From Gammaproteobacteria bacterium (GTDB lineage Bacteria; Pseudomonadota; Gammaproteobacteria; CBDBNL01; JAAOII01), in contig OZ242372.1 in assembly GCA_965209035.1 (NCBI GenBank), positions 672,001 to 736,000 on the forward strand: a stretch of 64,000 nt of DNA, read 5' to 3'. Shown here piece by piece: positions 20,384 through 32,213 of the stretch. The position numbers were made by a program, and so were the translations under genes. The stretch's first letter is position 1, and every line of letters begins with the position of its first letter. The notes beneath the pieces are model-generated. The model was not told where the DNA came from. It was given only the letters and a program-made list of their open reading frames with translations, and made no database searches.

Positions 20384-21604
20384 ATGAAAAACAACGAAGC
20401 GATTTATCTTGATTATTCGGCAACTACGCCGGTGGATCCCCGTGTTGCCAAAAAGATGATACATTATCTTGACCCAAACGGCGTTTACGGTAATCCGGCT
20501 TCCCGTTCGCATTCATTTGGGTGGAAAGCCGAAGAGGCGGTGGAACATGCCCGCCAACAAATTGCGGATTTACTAAACTGTGACCCGCGGGAAATTGTTT
20601 GGACTTCCGGTGCAACCGAAAGCGACAATTTGTGCATCAAGGGGGCCGCTCACTTTTACGCAAAAAAGGGGAAGCATCTCATTACTTCAAAAATAGAGCA
20701 TAAGGCTGTGCTGGATACCTGCAGACAATTGGAAAGAGAAGGCTACGAGGTGACTTATTTGGATCCGGACAGTGACGGAATGATAAGCCCACAACAGGTG
20801 GCGGATGCTATCCGAGAAGATACGACTTTAGTAAGTCTAATGCATGTTAATAATGAAATTGGCGTTATTAACGACATCAAAGCGATTGGCGAAGTTACGA
20901 GAAGTAAAGGCGTTTTGTTTCATACGGATGCGGCGCAAAGTCCGGGGAAGGTTCCCATAGATCTGCAAGAAATGAAAGTGGATTTGATGAGCCTTTCGGC
21001 ACACAAGGTATACGGGCCAAAAGGCATAGGCGCAGCCTTTGTGCGGCGCAAGCCCAGAGCACGAATAGAAGCACAAATGCACGGCGGCGGACATGAACGC
21101 GGGATGCGCTCCGGCACTTTGCCAACACATCAAATCGTCGGCATGGGAGAAGCATTTGCTATCGCCAAGCAGGATCTGCGGAAAGATTACAAAAAAATCG
21201 AGCAACTTCATCAAAGATTTTGGCGACAAATAAAGGATATGGAAGAAGTTTATGTTAACGGTTCCGTTACGCAACGCGTCCCTCATAATCTCAATGTTAG
21301 TTTTAATTACATAGAAGGTGAGTCTTTGATGATGGCACTTAAGGACTTGGCGGTTTCTTCCGGGTCTGCCTGCACTTCCGCCAGTTTGGAACCGTCTTAT
21401 GTTTTACGCGCTTTGGGAAGAAACGACGAACTCGCACACAGTTCCATTCGGTTTTCTTTTGGAAGGTTCACCACAGAAGAACAGGTGGACAGAGCCGCCG
21501 CGGGGCTCCGGCATGCCGTCACAAAATTGAGAGGACTTTCTCCGCTGTGGGATCTTTACAAAGACGGTGTCGATCTAAATACGATTGAATGGGCGACACA
21601 TTAA
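20384..21604 (+). CDS. iscS: Cysteine desulfurase IscS
   Basis: [27 protein letters not shown]. Confidence 0.98.
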   Translation: MKNNEAIYLDYSATTPVDPRVAKKMIHYLDPNGVYGNPASRSHSFGWKAEEAVEHARQQIADLLNCDPREIVWTSGATESDNLCIKGAAHFYAKKGKHLITSKIEHKAVLDTCRQLEREGYEVTYLDPDSDGMISPQQVADAIREDTTLVSLMHVNNEIGVINDIKAIGEVTRSKGVLFHTDAAQSPGKVPIDLQEMKVDLMSLSAHKVYGPKGIGAAFVRRKPRARIEAQMHGGGHERGMRSGTLPTHQIVGMGEAFAIAKQDLRKDYKKIEQLHQRFWRQIKDMEEVYVNGSVTQRVPHNLNVSFNYIEGESLMMALKDLAVSSGSACTSASLEPSYVLRALGRNDELAHSSIRFSFGRFTTEEQVDRAAAGLRHAVTKLRGLSPLWDLYKDGVDLNTIEWATH

Positions 21605-21668
21605 TCATTAATTAGAATTAGGAATCCGATTTAATTTAACTATACTATATTTTTAAGAGGTAATCATA

Positions 21669-22091
21669 ATGGCATATAGCGATAAAGTAATCAATCATTA
21701 CGAGAATCCGCGTAATGTGGGCACATTGGACAGTAAGTCGTCCGAAGTAGGAACGGGTATGGTGGGTGCACCGGCTTGCGGTGATGTAATGCGTCTGCAA
21801 ATCAAGGTGAACAAAGAAGGTGTGATAGAAGACGCCAAGTTTAAGACCTATGGTTGCGGTTCTGCAATTGCTTCCAGTTCTCTTGCTACCGAATGGATGA
21901 AAGGTAAGACAATCGAAGAGGCCGGTAAAATTAAGAATACTGAGATCGTGGAAGAACTTGCTTTGCCTCCTGTCAAGATACATTGTTCGGTTTTGGCCGA
22001 AGATGCTATCAAGGCGGCAGTGGAAGACTACAAAAAGAAACAAACAAAAGATTCAGAGCCACAATCCACACAAGCAGTTGCATCCTCTTAA
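21669..22091 (+). CDS. iscU: Fe-S scaffold IscU
   Basis: GAPACGD, GCGSAIASSS, LPPVKIHC. Confidence 0.98.
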   Translation: MAYSDKVINHYENPRNVGTLDSKSSEVGTGMVGAPACGDVMRLQIKVNKEGVIEDAKFKTYGCGSAIASSSLATEWMKGKTIEEAGKIKNTEIVEELALPPVKIHCSVLAEDAIKAAVEDYKKKQTKDSEPQSTQAVASS

Positions 22092-22104
22092 GGGGAGCGA
22101 AGCA

Positions 22105-22461
22105 TTGCCGGGGAATCGTAAGAACGAAGCCGATGGTGGTTGTATTTCTTTGTCGGAAAATGCAGTCGAACACATTCGCAAGCAACTTAGTCAGCGCGGT
22201 AGCGGTTTGGGCATTCGGGTTGGTGTTCGCACAACCGGATGCTCCGGTCTTTCTTATGTACTGGAATTCGTTGATAAAAAAAACGAAAAAGATGAGGTTT
22301 TTGAAAGCGGGGGTGTGCACATCTTTATAGACCCCGAAAGTTTTCCTTTTTTACGCGGAATCACGATGGATTATACAAAAGAAGGTCTAAACGAGGGATT
22401 TTGCTTTGTTAATCCGAACTCCAAAGGAGAATGCGGCTGCGGAGAAAGCTTTCATACTTAA
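22105..22461 (+). CDS. iscA: Fe-S carrier IscA
   Basis: TTGCSGLSY and CGCGESF; TTG start at 22105 follows an AAGGGGAG RBS. Confidence 0.93.
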   Translation: MPGNRKNEADGGCISLSENAVEHIRKQLSQRGSGLGIRVGVRTTGCSGLSYVLEFVDKKNEKDEVFESGGVHIFIDPESFPFLRGITMDYTKEGLNEGFCFVNPNSKGECGCGESFHT

Positions 22462-22637
22462 TGATTTGATCCCCAAACAGCGGGATGATATGATAAACCT
22501 TTCTTTTGAAAGGTTTTTTTATGTTTGTCGGATTACTTCCTTTTTGTTCCCCCGGGGCTTAGCTTATATTGGGGTATTTGTTGTATTGCGAGAGTTAGAG
22601 TTACTTCCTCTTTACTTCCCTTCTCCCCGGTTCTTGC

Positions 22638-25600
22638 TTATAGGACCGCGTCATCGGCGGAAACCTGAGCATCATCCGATTTGGAAGCGGGTTCTTCGCC
22701 GTTTATATCTTCTGTTACTGAGTTCTCACCGGCTTCGGCTTGCTGCTGTTGAATACTCTTATAATACGAAAAACCCGTGCCCGCGGGTATCAGGCGACCC
22801 ACAATTACATTTTCTTTCAATCCTTTTAGCGTATCTTCCTTGGCATGGATAGCCGCTTCTGTGAGGACACGCGTTGTCTCTTGAAAGGATGCCGCGGAAA
22901 TAAATGACTCGGTGGACAAGGAAGCACGAGTGATACCCAGTAAGATGTGTTTATATTGTGCCGGCTTTTTCTTATCTTCTTTGAGTTGGTGATTCATCTC
23001 CAGCAAGCGATTATACCCTATTTGATCGCCTGTAATTAAGTCGGAATCACCCGGATTGGTGATGCTTACTTTACGCAACATCTGTGAGATAATCACTTCT
23101 ATGTGCTTATCGTCAATATGAACACCCTGTGATCTGTAGATGTTTTGAACCTCGCGCACCATATATTCAACCAGACTCCCTACCCCTTTGAGAGCAAGAA
23201 TGTCATGCGGATTATAGATACCTTCACAAAGCATATCTCCTACCGCAACCGGATTACCGTCAAACACGCTGATGTGACGACGCTTGGGAATCGCGATCTC
23301 ATTCAATAGTTCTTCCCGGGCTGAAAGAATCCGGACCTTTATCTTATCTTTGGTCTCCTTGCCGAACTTGACTGTTCCGGCAACGGGGGCAAGGATTGCG
23401 GCATCTTTGGGGACACGTGCTTCAAAAATATCCGCAACACGCGGTAAGCCACCGGTAATGTCGCTGGACTTTTGCTCTTCTATGGCAATTCTGGCGATAG
23501 CATCTCCTTCGCTAACTTTTGCTCCTTCCTCAAGAGAAACTACCGACCGGGCGGGAAGAACATAAACCAAGAGTCTTTCCGTGCCGGGTTCATGAATTTG
23601 TTTTTTATTTTTATCTACCAGGTAGATCGCCGGCTTTAAATCCCTGCCAGTTGTGGGTCTTTCAAGGGGATTGATCACCTCAATAGAAGTTGTCCCGGTC
23701 ATCTTGTCTGTCTGACGACGAATACTCATGTTTTCTTCAAAATCGGCAAAAAGCAAATATCCGTTCACCTCGGCAATAATGGGCATGTTGTGTGGTTCCC
23801 ATACTGCTATTGTTTGACCGCCCGTTACTTTTTCGCCATTTTTTACCGAGATAATGGCACCATAGATAATCTTGTAATTTTCACATTCGCGATCATTGAC
23901 ATCCAGAATAGACAAACTACCGGAACGGGAAGTGACGACATAACAATCGTCTTTGTTTTTCACATAGGTAATGTTATTAAAACGCACCGTACCACCTATC
24001 TTAACAGTCACATTGCTGTCGCGAGTTTGCCGACTTGCCGCACCTCCCACATGAAAGGTTCGCATGGTTAATTGGGTGCCGGGTTCGCCGATAGACTGGG
24101 CGGCGATGATACCAACCGCTTCGCCTATATTTACAAGTGCTCCGCGTGCCAAGTCAATACCATAGCATTTTTTACATATCCCGTGCTTGGTTTGACATGT
24201 AATGGAGGATCGCACATAAACTTGATTAATATGATACTCTTCAAGGACTTTCAGTTTCTCTTCATCTACATATGTCCCTTTCGGCAATATCACCTTATTA
24301 TTTGCCGCGACGATATCCTTGGCAAGTATCCGACCAAATACCCGTTCCGATAAAGAAATCGTTGTGGTTCCTCCTTCAATAACAGCACTCATACTGACAC
24401 CCCGCTCGGTTTCGCAATCTTCTTCCGTGATGATGACATCTTGTGAAATATCAACCAACCGGCGCGTCAAGTAACCGGAGTTAGCAGTCTTCAACGCCGT
24501 ATCCGCCAGCCCTTTGCGTGCTCCGTGTGTGGATATAAAGTATTGCAGAACCGAAAGGCCCTCGCGAAAGTTGGCGGTGATTGCGGTTTCAATGATAGAG
24601 CCATCGGGTTTGGCCATCAGACCGCGCATGGCCGCCAGTTGCCGAATTTGCTGTTCGGAACCTCTTGCGCCGGAATCGGCCATCATGTATACGGAGTTAA
24701 AAGATTCTTCTTCCACCGGGTCTTCCGTCTTATCCTTACTTGGCACAACCTCTTTGCTCATTCCAATCATCATTTCTTTGGAAACTCTGTCACCGGCATT
24801 TGACCAGAGATCAACGACCTTGTTATACTTCTCACCTTGCGTGATAAGACCTTCAGAAAATTGCTTTTCTATAAATACCACTTCTTTTTCCACCCCTTGC
24901 AATATGGTTTTCTTTGTCTTCGGAATCTGAAGATCTTCCACCGCGATAGATGTCCCGGAAGATGTCGCATATTGAAATCCAAGATACATTAACTGATCCG
25001 CAAAAACAACCGTATCTTTCAAACCCAAACGACGATAGCTGATATCCACCAGATTTGAGATATTCCCTTTTTTCATGGTTGTATTCACCGGATAAAAATC
25101 TATCCCGCGCGGAACAATCCCAAACAAAATGACTCTTCCCGTTGTTGTGGTGTAAATCCTTTCTTCCATAATCTCATGGCCGTTCTCGTCAATGGAATAG
25201 GACTTAATTCTGGCACGAATACGAGCATGCAGGGCAACTTCTCCGTTATGATAGGCACGCTCCACTTCGGCGGCATCGGCGAATAACATATTTTCGCCCT
25301 TGGAATTCAGTTTTTCACGCGTTAAATAATACAAGCCAAGAACAATATCCTGCGAGGGGACAATGATCGGGGCTCCGTTTGCCGGCGACAAGATGTTGTT
25401 GGTTGACATCATAAGAACACGTGCCTCTTCCTGCGCCTCGTAACTCAACGGAACATATACCCCCATCTGATCTCCGTCAAAATCGGCGTTATAGGCGGCA
25501 CATACCAAAGGATGGAGCTGAATTGCCTTGCCTTCTATGAGGACCGGTTCAAATGCTTGAATTCCCAAGCGATGCAAAGTGGGTGCCCGATTGAGCAAAA

Positions 25601-26990
25601 CAGGATGCTGCTTGATAACTTCCGCCAGTATATCCCACAGACTTGCATCTTCCCTTTCCACAATTTGCTTGGCCTCTTTGATGCTGCTCGCTTCACCGCG
25701 ATTAATTAATTTGGAAAATACAAACGGCTTAAACAATTCTATTGCCATTTTTTTTGGCAAGCCACATTCATGCAGTTTAAGATCCGGTCCCACCGCAATA
25801 ACCGAACGGCCGGAATAGTCCACTCGCTTTCCAAGCAAGTTTTGTCGAAACCGTCCCTGTTTGCCCTTGATCATGTCCACCAAGGATTTAAGCGGCCGCT
25901 TATTATGGTCCACCAGAGGTTGGTTGTCCCGACTATTGTCCAGTAACCGATCTACGGATTCTTGCAGCATGCGTTTTTCATTGTTTATGATAATTTCCGG
26001 GGCATGCAAATCCAACAGTTTCTTAAGGCGGCCGTTACGATTAATGACCCGGCGATAGCAGTCATTTAGATCGGAAGCGGCAAAGCGACCGCCCTCCAAC
26101 GGAACCAAGGGGCGTAATTCCGGCGGCAACACGGGGAGAACCTTAAATATCATCCAAGAAGGTTTGTTCTTGCCGGCATCAAACGCCTCCAACACTTTTA
26201 ACCTGGCAGAAAGTTTTCTTTCAGTGAGTTCGGAACGACGACGTGCCGCCGTCAATTGAAGACGAACCGCCTTAATTTGTTCGGGAATGTCCACTTTTTC
26301 GATCATCTCCAATATGGCTTCGGCCCCCATTCCAACTCGGAATGCGTTCGGGTCGGGATACTCCTCGCGCAGATGATGATATTCTTCCTCCGTGAGAATT
26401 TGCCCGACTTTGACTTGCTTGGTTTCCGATTCGTCTTTGTCTTTTTTATCTTTTTTACCTTTCTTATCTTTTGTCTCTTTCTTATCTTTTGTCTCTTTCT
26501 TACCCGTTTCGCTTTTATCGGTCTTTTCGGCAGCGACATCCAAAATGACATGGGATTCAAAGTAAAGAATTCGCTCCAAACTCCTCAAAGGAAGTCCCAA
26601 AAATAAAGCAAGGCGAGAAGGCAATGACTTGAGAAACCAGATATGTGCCACGGGGCTGGCAAGTTCAATATGTCCCATACGCGTTCGCCGAACTTTGGAA
26701 AGTGTGACCTCCACACCGCATTTTTCGCAAACAACACCGCGATGTCGCTGCCTTTTATACTTGCCGCAAAGACATTCGTAATCTTTGATGGGGCCGAAAA
26801 TTCTGGCACAAAAGAGCCCGTCTCTCTCGGGCTTAAAAGTGCGATAATTGATGGTCTCGGATTTCTTAACTTCTCCGTAAGACCAAGAACGAATAGTTTC
26901 CGGAGATGCCAGGCGAATAAAAACCGAGCGGATTTCTTTGCGAGCCTCTGTGCCGATCTCCTTATTATTGTTTATCATTTCATCAATCAT
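22638..26990 (-). CDS. rpoC: RNA polymerase beta' subunit
   Basis: NADFDGD, N-terminal Zn finger, [18 protein letters not shown]. Confidence 0.99.
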   Translation of the reverse strand: MIDEMINNNKEIGTEARKEIRSVFIRLASPETIRSWSYGEVKKSETINYRTFKPERDGLFCARIFGPIKDYECLCGKYKRQRHRGVVCEKCGVEVTLSKVRRTRMGHIELASPVAHIWFLKSLPSRLALFLGLPLRSLERILYFESHVILDVAAEKTDKSETGKKETKDKKETKDKKGKKDKKDKDESETKQVKVGQILTEEEYHHLREEYPDPNAFRVGMGAEAILEMIEKVDIPEQIKAVRLQLTAARRRSELTERKLSARLKVLEAFDAGKNKPSWMIFKVLPVLPPELRPLVPLEGGRFAASDLNDCYRRVINRNGRLKKLLDLHAPEIIINNEKRMLQESVDRLLDNSRDNQPLVDHNKRPLKSLVDMIKGKQGRFRQNLLGKRVDYSGRSVIAVGPDLKLHECGLPKKMAIELFKPFVFSKLINRGEASSIKEAKQIVEREDASLWDILAEVIKQHPVLLNRAPTLHRLGIQAFEPVLIEGKAIQLHPLVCAAYNADFDGDQMGVYVPLSYEAQEEARVLMMSTNNILSPANGAPIIVPSQDIVLGLYYLTREKLNSKGENMLFADAAEVERAYHNGEVALHARIRARIKSYSIDENGHEIMEERIYTTTTGRVILFGIVPRGIDFYPVNTTMKKGNISNLVDISYRRLGLKDTVVFADQLMYLGFQYATSSGTSIAVEDLQIPKTKKTILQGVEKEVVFIEKQFSEGLITQGEKYNKVVDLWSNAGDRVSKEMMIGMSKEVVPSKDKTEDPVEEESFNSVYMMADSGARGSEQQIRQLAAMRGLMAKPDGSIIETAITANFREGLSVLQYFISTHGARKGLADTALKTANSGYLTRRLVDISQDVIITEEDCETERGVSMSAVIEGGTTTISLSERVFGRILAKDIVAANNKVILPKGTYVDEEKLKVLEEYHINQVYVRSSITCQTKHGICKKCYGIDLARGALVNIGEAVGIIAAQSIGEPGTQLTMRTFHVGGAASRQTRDSNVTVKIGGTVRFNNITYVKNKDDCYVVTSRSGSLSILDVNDRECENYKIIYGAIISVKNGEKVTGGQTIAVWEPHNMPIIAEVNGYLLFADFEENMSIRRQTDKMTGTTSIEVINPLERPTTGRDLKPAIYLVDKNKKQIHEPGTERLLVYVLPARSVVSLEEGAKVSEGDAIARIAIEEQKSSDITGGLPRVADIFEARVPKDAAILAPVAGTVKFGKETKDKIKVRILSAREELLNEIAIPKRRHISVFDGNPVAVGDMLCEGIYNPHDILALKGVGSLVEYMVREVQNIYRSQGVHIDDKHIEVIISQMLRKVSITNPGDSDLITGDQIGYNRLLEMNHQLKEDKKKPAQYKHILLGITRASLSTESFISAASFQETTRVLTEAAIHAKEDTLKGLKENVIVGRLIPAGTGFSYYKSIQQQQAEAGENSVTEDINGEEPASKSDDAQVSADDAVL

Positions 26991-27020
26991 ATATTTACTC
27001 CGTGAAAAATTGAAAAAAAA

Positions 27021-27065
27021 TTAATTCTTGTAATCCTAGTTTTTGTAATCCTAATTCTTGTAATC
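27021..27065 (-). repeat. 15-bp tandem triplication of the last rpoB codons plus stop
   Basis: GATTACAAGAATTAG GATTACAAAAACTAG GATTACAAGAATTAA on the minus strand. Confidence 0.9.
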
Positions 27066-30000
27066 GATGTTTAATCCGAGTGAACGAATTTCATTAATCA
27101 ATACATGAAATGACTCGGGGATGTAGTGGACGGAATAAGAAGAACCGGCAATGATATTCTTATAAACTTCGTTTCTTCCTCTTTCGTCATCGGATTTCAC
27201 TGTCAACATTTCTTGCAGAGTGTATGCGGCACCATAAGATTCCAACGCCCATACTTCCATTTCACCAAAACGTTGTCCTCCCATTTGCGCCTTACCGCCA
27301 AGAGGCTGCCGAGTAACCAGACCATAAGAGCCGATGGAACGCGCGTGAATCTTATCTTCTACCAAATGATTTAACTTGAGCATGTATACCTGCCCGACAG
27401 TCACAGGACGATCAAATTGCTCGCCGGTACGCCCGTCAAAGAGCACCTTGCGTTCGGACGGAGAGGCACCGGCAATATTCAGCATCTCTTTTATATCCTC
27501 TTCTTTTGCGCCGTAAAAAACCGGGGTGGCAAAAGGAACGCCGTCTTTGTAATTTTGACATACTTCCAGTAATTGTTCATCGGTCAAGTCACCAAAAAAC
27601 TTTTTGGCACGCCCGTTATCCATACTTGCGTAAACTTTATCAAGTAACTTACGCAATGCGGTAAGTTTTTTTTCATTGGACATCAAGGCAGTAATTTTTC
27701 TTCCCAATTCTTTGGCAGCATCTCCAAGATGTGCTTCCAAAAGTTGACCAATATTCATACGAGAAGGTAGCCCCAAAGGACTGAGAACAATATCAAGGGC
27801 GTTTCCCTCTTCGTCATGGGGCATGTCCTCCGTTGGCATCACCGCGGACACCACACCTTTGTTACCATGGCGACCCGCCAGCTTGTCTCCCGATTGTATC
27901 GGTCTTTTGGCCGCAACATAAACCTTGACAATTTTTAGAACACCGGGGGCAAGACCTTCGGCACCGGATCTGATGCCTTTTTCTTGTTTCTTTAATTGCT
28001 TGTTAAGATTAACTTCCACTTCTTCCAAATTCTCTCTTGCCTTTTCCAAAAGATCGTTTAGGGCCGCACTGCGCATACTCAGCCCGAAAATGTCTTCGAG
28101 TTCACATTTTGCCAGATAGGCGGCGGTTATGTTTTGCCCCGCCTTCAGTCCCTTGCCTTTCGCCGCCGCTTTACCTTTTAACTTTTCTTTAAGATTGGTT
28201 TCGGTAATCTTACGAACCATCTGATAGCGGATTTTACTCTCTTTGCGGATTTCCGCAAGCTGTTCTTTGTCAATCTCTTTTGCCCGGCTGTCCTTATTTT
28301 CTTTGCCCTTGGTAAATACTTCCACATCTATGACCTTGCCCTTTACTCCCGAAGGCAACCGCAAAGAACTGTCTTTAACATCGGCCGCTTTTTCACCAAA
28401 GACCGCTCGCAGTAAACTTTCTTCGGCGGTCAGTGTGTCCTCGCTTTTGGGGGTAATCATACCAACCAAAATATCTCCGCTTTTTACCTGAGCACCGACG
28501 CGAATGATGCCGGATGTATCCAGGTTGGCAAGAGCCGCTTCGCCGATGTTTGGTATTTCTCTGGTAATCTCTTCGTCTCCCAGTTTTGTATTGCGCACGG
28601 TACAGACAAACTCCATAATATGAATACTGGTTAAAACATCGTCGGCTACCAGACGCTCGGAAATCAAAATAGAGTCTTCAAAATTGTAGCCCTTCCAACA
28701 CATGAAGCCCACACGCAGATTTGTGCCGAGCGCAAGTTCCCCCATATCGGTTGCCGCCCCGTCCGCGAGAACATCCATTGGTTCCACTTTGTCTCCCAAC
28801 TTGACAACAGGCCTCTGACTAATCACAGTGTTTTGATTGGAGCGACGAAATCTTGCCAAAGAATAGATGTCCACGGGTAGCTCATCATCATCTTCGGTAA
28901 CACGCACAACAATTCGCTTGGCATCTATTTCTTCAACAATACCCTTGCGGCGAGCAAGGATACAACTGCCGGCATCCCTGGCAACATAGCTTTCCATTCC
29001 GGTCCCAACCAACGGCTTTTGTTTTTTTAGCAACGGGACCGCCTGTCTTTGCATGTTGGAACCCATTAAGGCCCTGTTCGCATCATCATGCTCCAAAAAA
29101 GGAATCAGGGACGCGGCAACGGATATTAATTGTTTGGCATCCACATCCATCAGGGTAATCTCTTCGCGCGGCATAAAAATCACATCGCCTTTATGTCTGA
29201 CCATGAGCATTTTCTCAACAAACTTGTTTTGGGAGTCCAGCAAATTGTTGCCGGATGCAATTGTATGTTCTTTTTCGTCCATAGCCGAAAGCCAGACTAC
29301 TGCATCGGTTGCCTTGCCGTTGCTAACCTTACGATAAGGAGTTTCCAGAAAACCAAACTCATTAATTTTGGTGTGAATTGCCATAGAATTAATGAGGCCG
29401 ATGTTTGCTCCTTCAGGGGTTTCTATGGGACATAAGCGGCCATAATGGGTGGGATGTACATCACGAACCTCAAATCCTGCCCGGTCACGCGACAGACCAC
29501 CGGGTCCCAAAGCCGATATACGCCTTTTATGCGTAATTTCAGCCAACGGGTTAATTTGATCCGTTAATTGAGACAACTGGCTGCTTGTAAAAAAATCACG
29601 TATTGCCCCGGAAACCGCTTTTGCACTCACCAAATCCTTTGGGGTGTAAGTATCTATATCCGGCAAACTGAGTCTTTCGCGTACCGCGCGTTCTATACGC
29701 AAAAGGCCCAAACGAAGTTGGTTGAACATCATTTCACCGACTTGACGGACGCGGCGATTGCTGAGGCTGTCTATATCATCTACCTCGCTAACACCCTTAC
29801 GAATATCCAAAAGAATTTTGACCGTATCAATAATATCTTTCCTTTGTAAGACCATCACATCTTCACCATCTTTACTGTCCCTACCCAGCCGCTTATTTAA
29901 TTTCATACGACCGACATGCGATAAACTATACCGGTCATCGCTAAAGAACAGATTATTGAAAAATTGAACGGCTACATCAAGATTTTCCATTTCACCCGGG

Positions 30001-31106
30001 CGCATAATTCGATAAAGTTCGAGAACCGCCTCATTCTTATCCGGCACAGGATAATCGCGAACCGTGTCAGCAATAAATGCGCCTTTGGTTAGTTCGTTTG
30101 TATAGATTGTATGAAACTCGGCAACACTTTCTTCGCGAAACTTGTCCAGCATTTCTTTGGTAATATGCATGTTGGATGTAAAAGTCGCATCCCGAAGAGA
30201 AAAATCTCCCGACAAGGGCTTGCCGATCAAGTATTCATCGGGGACTTCTATTTCTTCTACTCCCGCTTCTTCCAGTAATCGGATATGCTCGGGCGTGATC
30301 CGCTGATCTTTGGCAATCAAGACCTTGCCGGCACCGGTTTCTATGCTTTGCATTGCGGTTTCGCCTCTCAAATGTTCGGGAATGACCCTGAGCATCCATT
30401 TGTCACCCAGAAGCCGAACAGTATCCTTGTCATAAAACTCTTCCAAAATTTGATCCACACTCATACCAAGAGCGGTCAATAAAACATTGATCGGAACTCT
30501 GTAACGGCGGTCAATTCTTGCGAACAGTCTGTCGCGCGAATCAAATTCAAAATCCAGCCAGGAGCCGTGATAAGGAATGATACGCGCACTGTAGGATTTG
30601 CCCGATATATAAGCACTTGTCTTTTCTTGGCTGAAAAAAACACCCGGCGAGCGATGTAATTGAGAAACAACCACGCGCTCGGTACCATTGACAATAAACG
30701 AACCTTCCGGGGTCATCAAATTAATATCGCCAATGTAAACTTCTTTCTGCTCAATGCGCTTTTTGATGCTTTTATACTTGTCCGCTCTGTCTCTTACAAT
30801 CAAACACAATGTCGCATATAAAGGAACGGCATAGTTGGCACCGTGCATCCTGCTCTCCCTTTCATTGTAATGAGGGGGACCAAGATGGCATGAGAGAAAT
30901 TCTATACTCGCCCGATTGTTGCGTCCTTTTATCGGAAAAACAGACTCCATTGCTTTTTGAATGCCCGACTCTTTGCCGTCCAATCCGTGTAAAAAGTCGT
31001 TATAGGAATCTTTCTGACTTTGCAGTAAAGAACGAATGTCTATTAGATCCTCAGATTTTCCAAATTTTTTGCGCAATCGTTTGCGCGCCATTAAATTATA
31101 GCTCAT
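27051..31106 (-). CDS. rpoB: RNA polymerase beta subunit
   Basis: [39 protein letters not shown]. Confidence 0.99.
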   Translation of the reverse strand: [1351 protein letters not shown]

Positions 31107-31136
31107 AAAAATCGAACAAGTATTACCCTAAGAAAG

Positions 31137-31523
31137 CTACTTAATTTCTACCGTTGCGCCTGCTTCTTCCAATTGTTTCTTGATTTTTTCCGAATCTTCT
31201 TTTGAAACATCCGTCTTAACAGAAACAGGAGCACTTTCGACCAAATCTTTGGCTTCCTTAAGTCCCAGTTCGGTAACGGCTCGAACGGCCTTGATTACAT
31301 TTATTTTGTTTGCGCCAAACTCTTTGAGAACCACCTCAAACTCGGTTTGCTCTTCCGCGGTTTCTTCCGGACCGCCGCCCGCAGGGGTCGCAGCCGCCGG
31401 TGCCGCAACTGCGGCAGCCGAAACGCCAAACTCTTCCTCTATTGCCTTAATAAGTTCTACCAATTCCATGACGCTCATTTCGCCAATAGATTTCAGAATA
31501 TCTTCTTTTGATACTTTTGCCAT
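31137..31523 (-). CDS. rplL: 50S ribosomal protein L7/L12
   Basis: [29 protein letters not shown]. Confidence 0.98.
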   Translation of the reverse strand: MAKVSKEDILKSIGEMSVMELVELIKAIEEEFGVSAAAVAAPAAATPAGGGPEETAEEQTEFEVVLKEFGANKINVIKAVRAVTELGLKEAKDLVESAPVSVKTDVSKEDSEKIKKQLEEAGATVEIK

Positions 31524-31560
31524 AATGTCTTTTTTATATTATTTATTGATATATAGTTTT

Positions 31561-32082
31561 CTAAGAAGACTTGCTCTGTTGGACTTCCCGCAGAACGCGA
31601 GCAAGTCCGGTGGGTACTTGATTAAGTAGGACAGCAAAGTTACCAAGCGGTGCCTGAAGGATCCCTGCCAGCATTGACAATGCCTGTTCTCGCGTCGGCA
31701 AACTTGCCAAAGTATCTATCTCGTCTGCGGGCAAAAAACGCCCGTTGACAGCCAAACACTTTACGCGAAAAGAAGGATTCTTTTTTGCAAAATCCTTAAA
31801 CAGGCGCGCGACGGAACCGGCTTCCTCAAGTGAGAACCCAAGCAAAGTGGGGCCTTCCAGTTCGGATTCCATACAGGAAAATTGCGTTCCGGTAAGCCCT
31901 CTTTTAATCAGGGTGTTTCGGGTAATCTTTAAGAACACCCGATTTTCACGCGCCAGATTTCTGAGTTCTGTCATATTGGTAACATCTGTTCCGGTATAGT
32001 CCGCAACCGCACCATCATGAGCACGACTTGCCTGATCATTTACCAAAGCAATTATCTTCTCTTTGTCTTTTTTAGTTAACAT
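31561..32082 (-). CDS. rplJ: 50S ribosomal protein L10
   Basis: ADYTG...LR...RNTL, LASLPTREQ; lies between rplA and rplL. Confidence 0.95.
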   Translation of the reverse strand: MLTKKDKEKIIALVNDQASRAHDGAVADYTGTDVTNMTELRNLARENRVFLKITRNTLIKRGLTGTQFSCMESELEGPTLLGFSLEEAGSVARLFKDFAKKNPSFRVKCLAVNGRFLPADEIDTLASLPTREQALSMLAGILQAPLGNFAVLLNQVPTGLARVLREVQQSKSS

Positions 32083-32094
32083 TGCATGTAGATT

Positions 32095-32185
32095 GTGTAA
32101 ACGGGAAACACCAAAAGAGATGGTCCCGGATTAACCGTCTGCGCGGGGTATTAAGCAAAATGCTCCCGCGGTCTTCAACAATGAA
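32095..32185 (-). promoter_or_regulatory. Ribosomal protein L10 leader (autoregulatory RNA)
   Basis: Minus strand AAGACCGCGGGAG...TTAATACCCCGCGCAGACGG upstream of rplJ resembles the L10 leader core; boundaries approximate. Confidence 0.7.
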
Positions 32186-32213
32186 ATTAAAAATCGTACG
32201 CATCTTCTTCGGG

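Noticed and set aside
27021-27065. Genome-wide reassignment of TAG to a sense codon
   Set aside because: rplL, rplJ, rplA, secE and rlmE end in TAG at or near their normal C-termini, and no internal TAG interrupts the core genes
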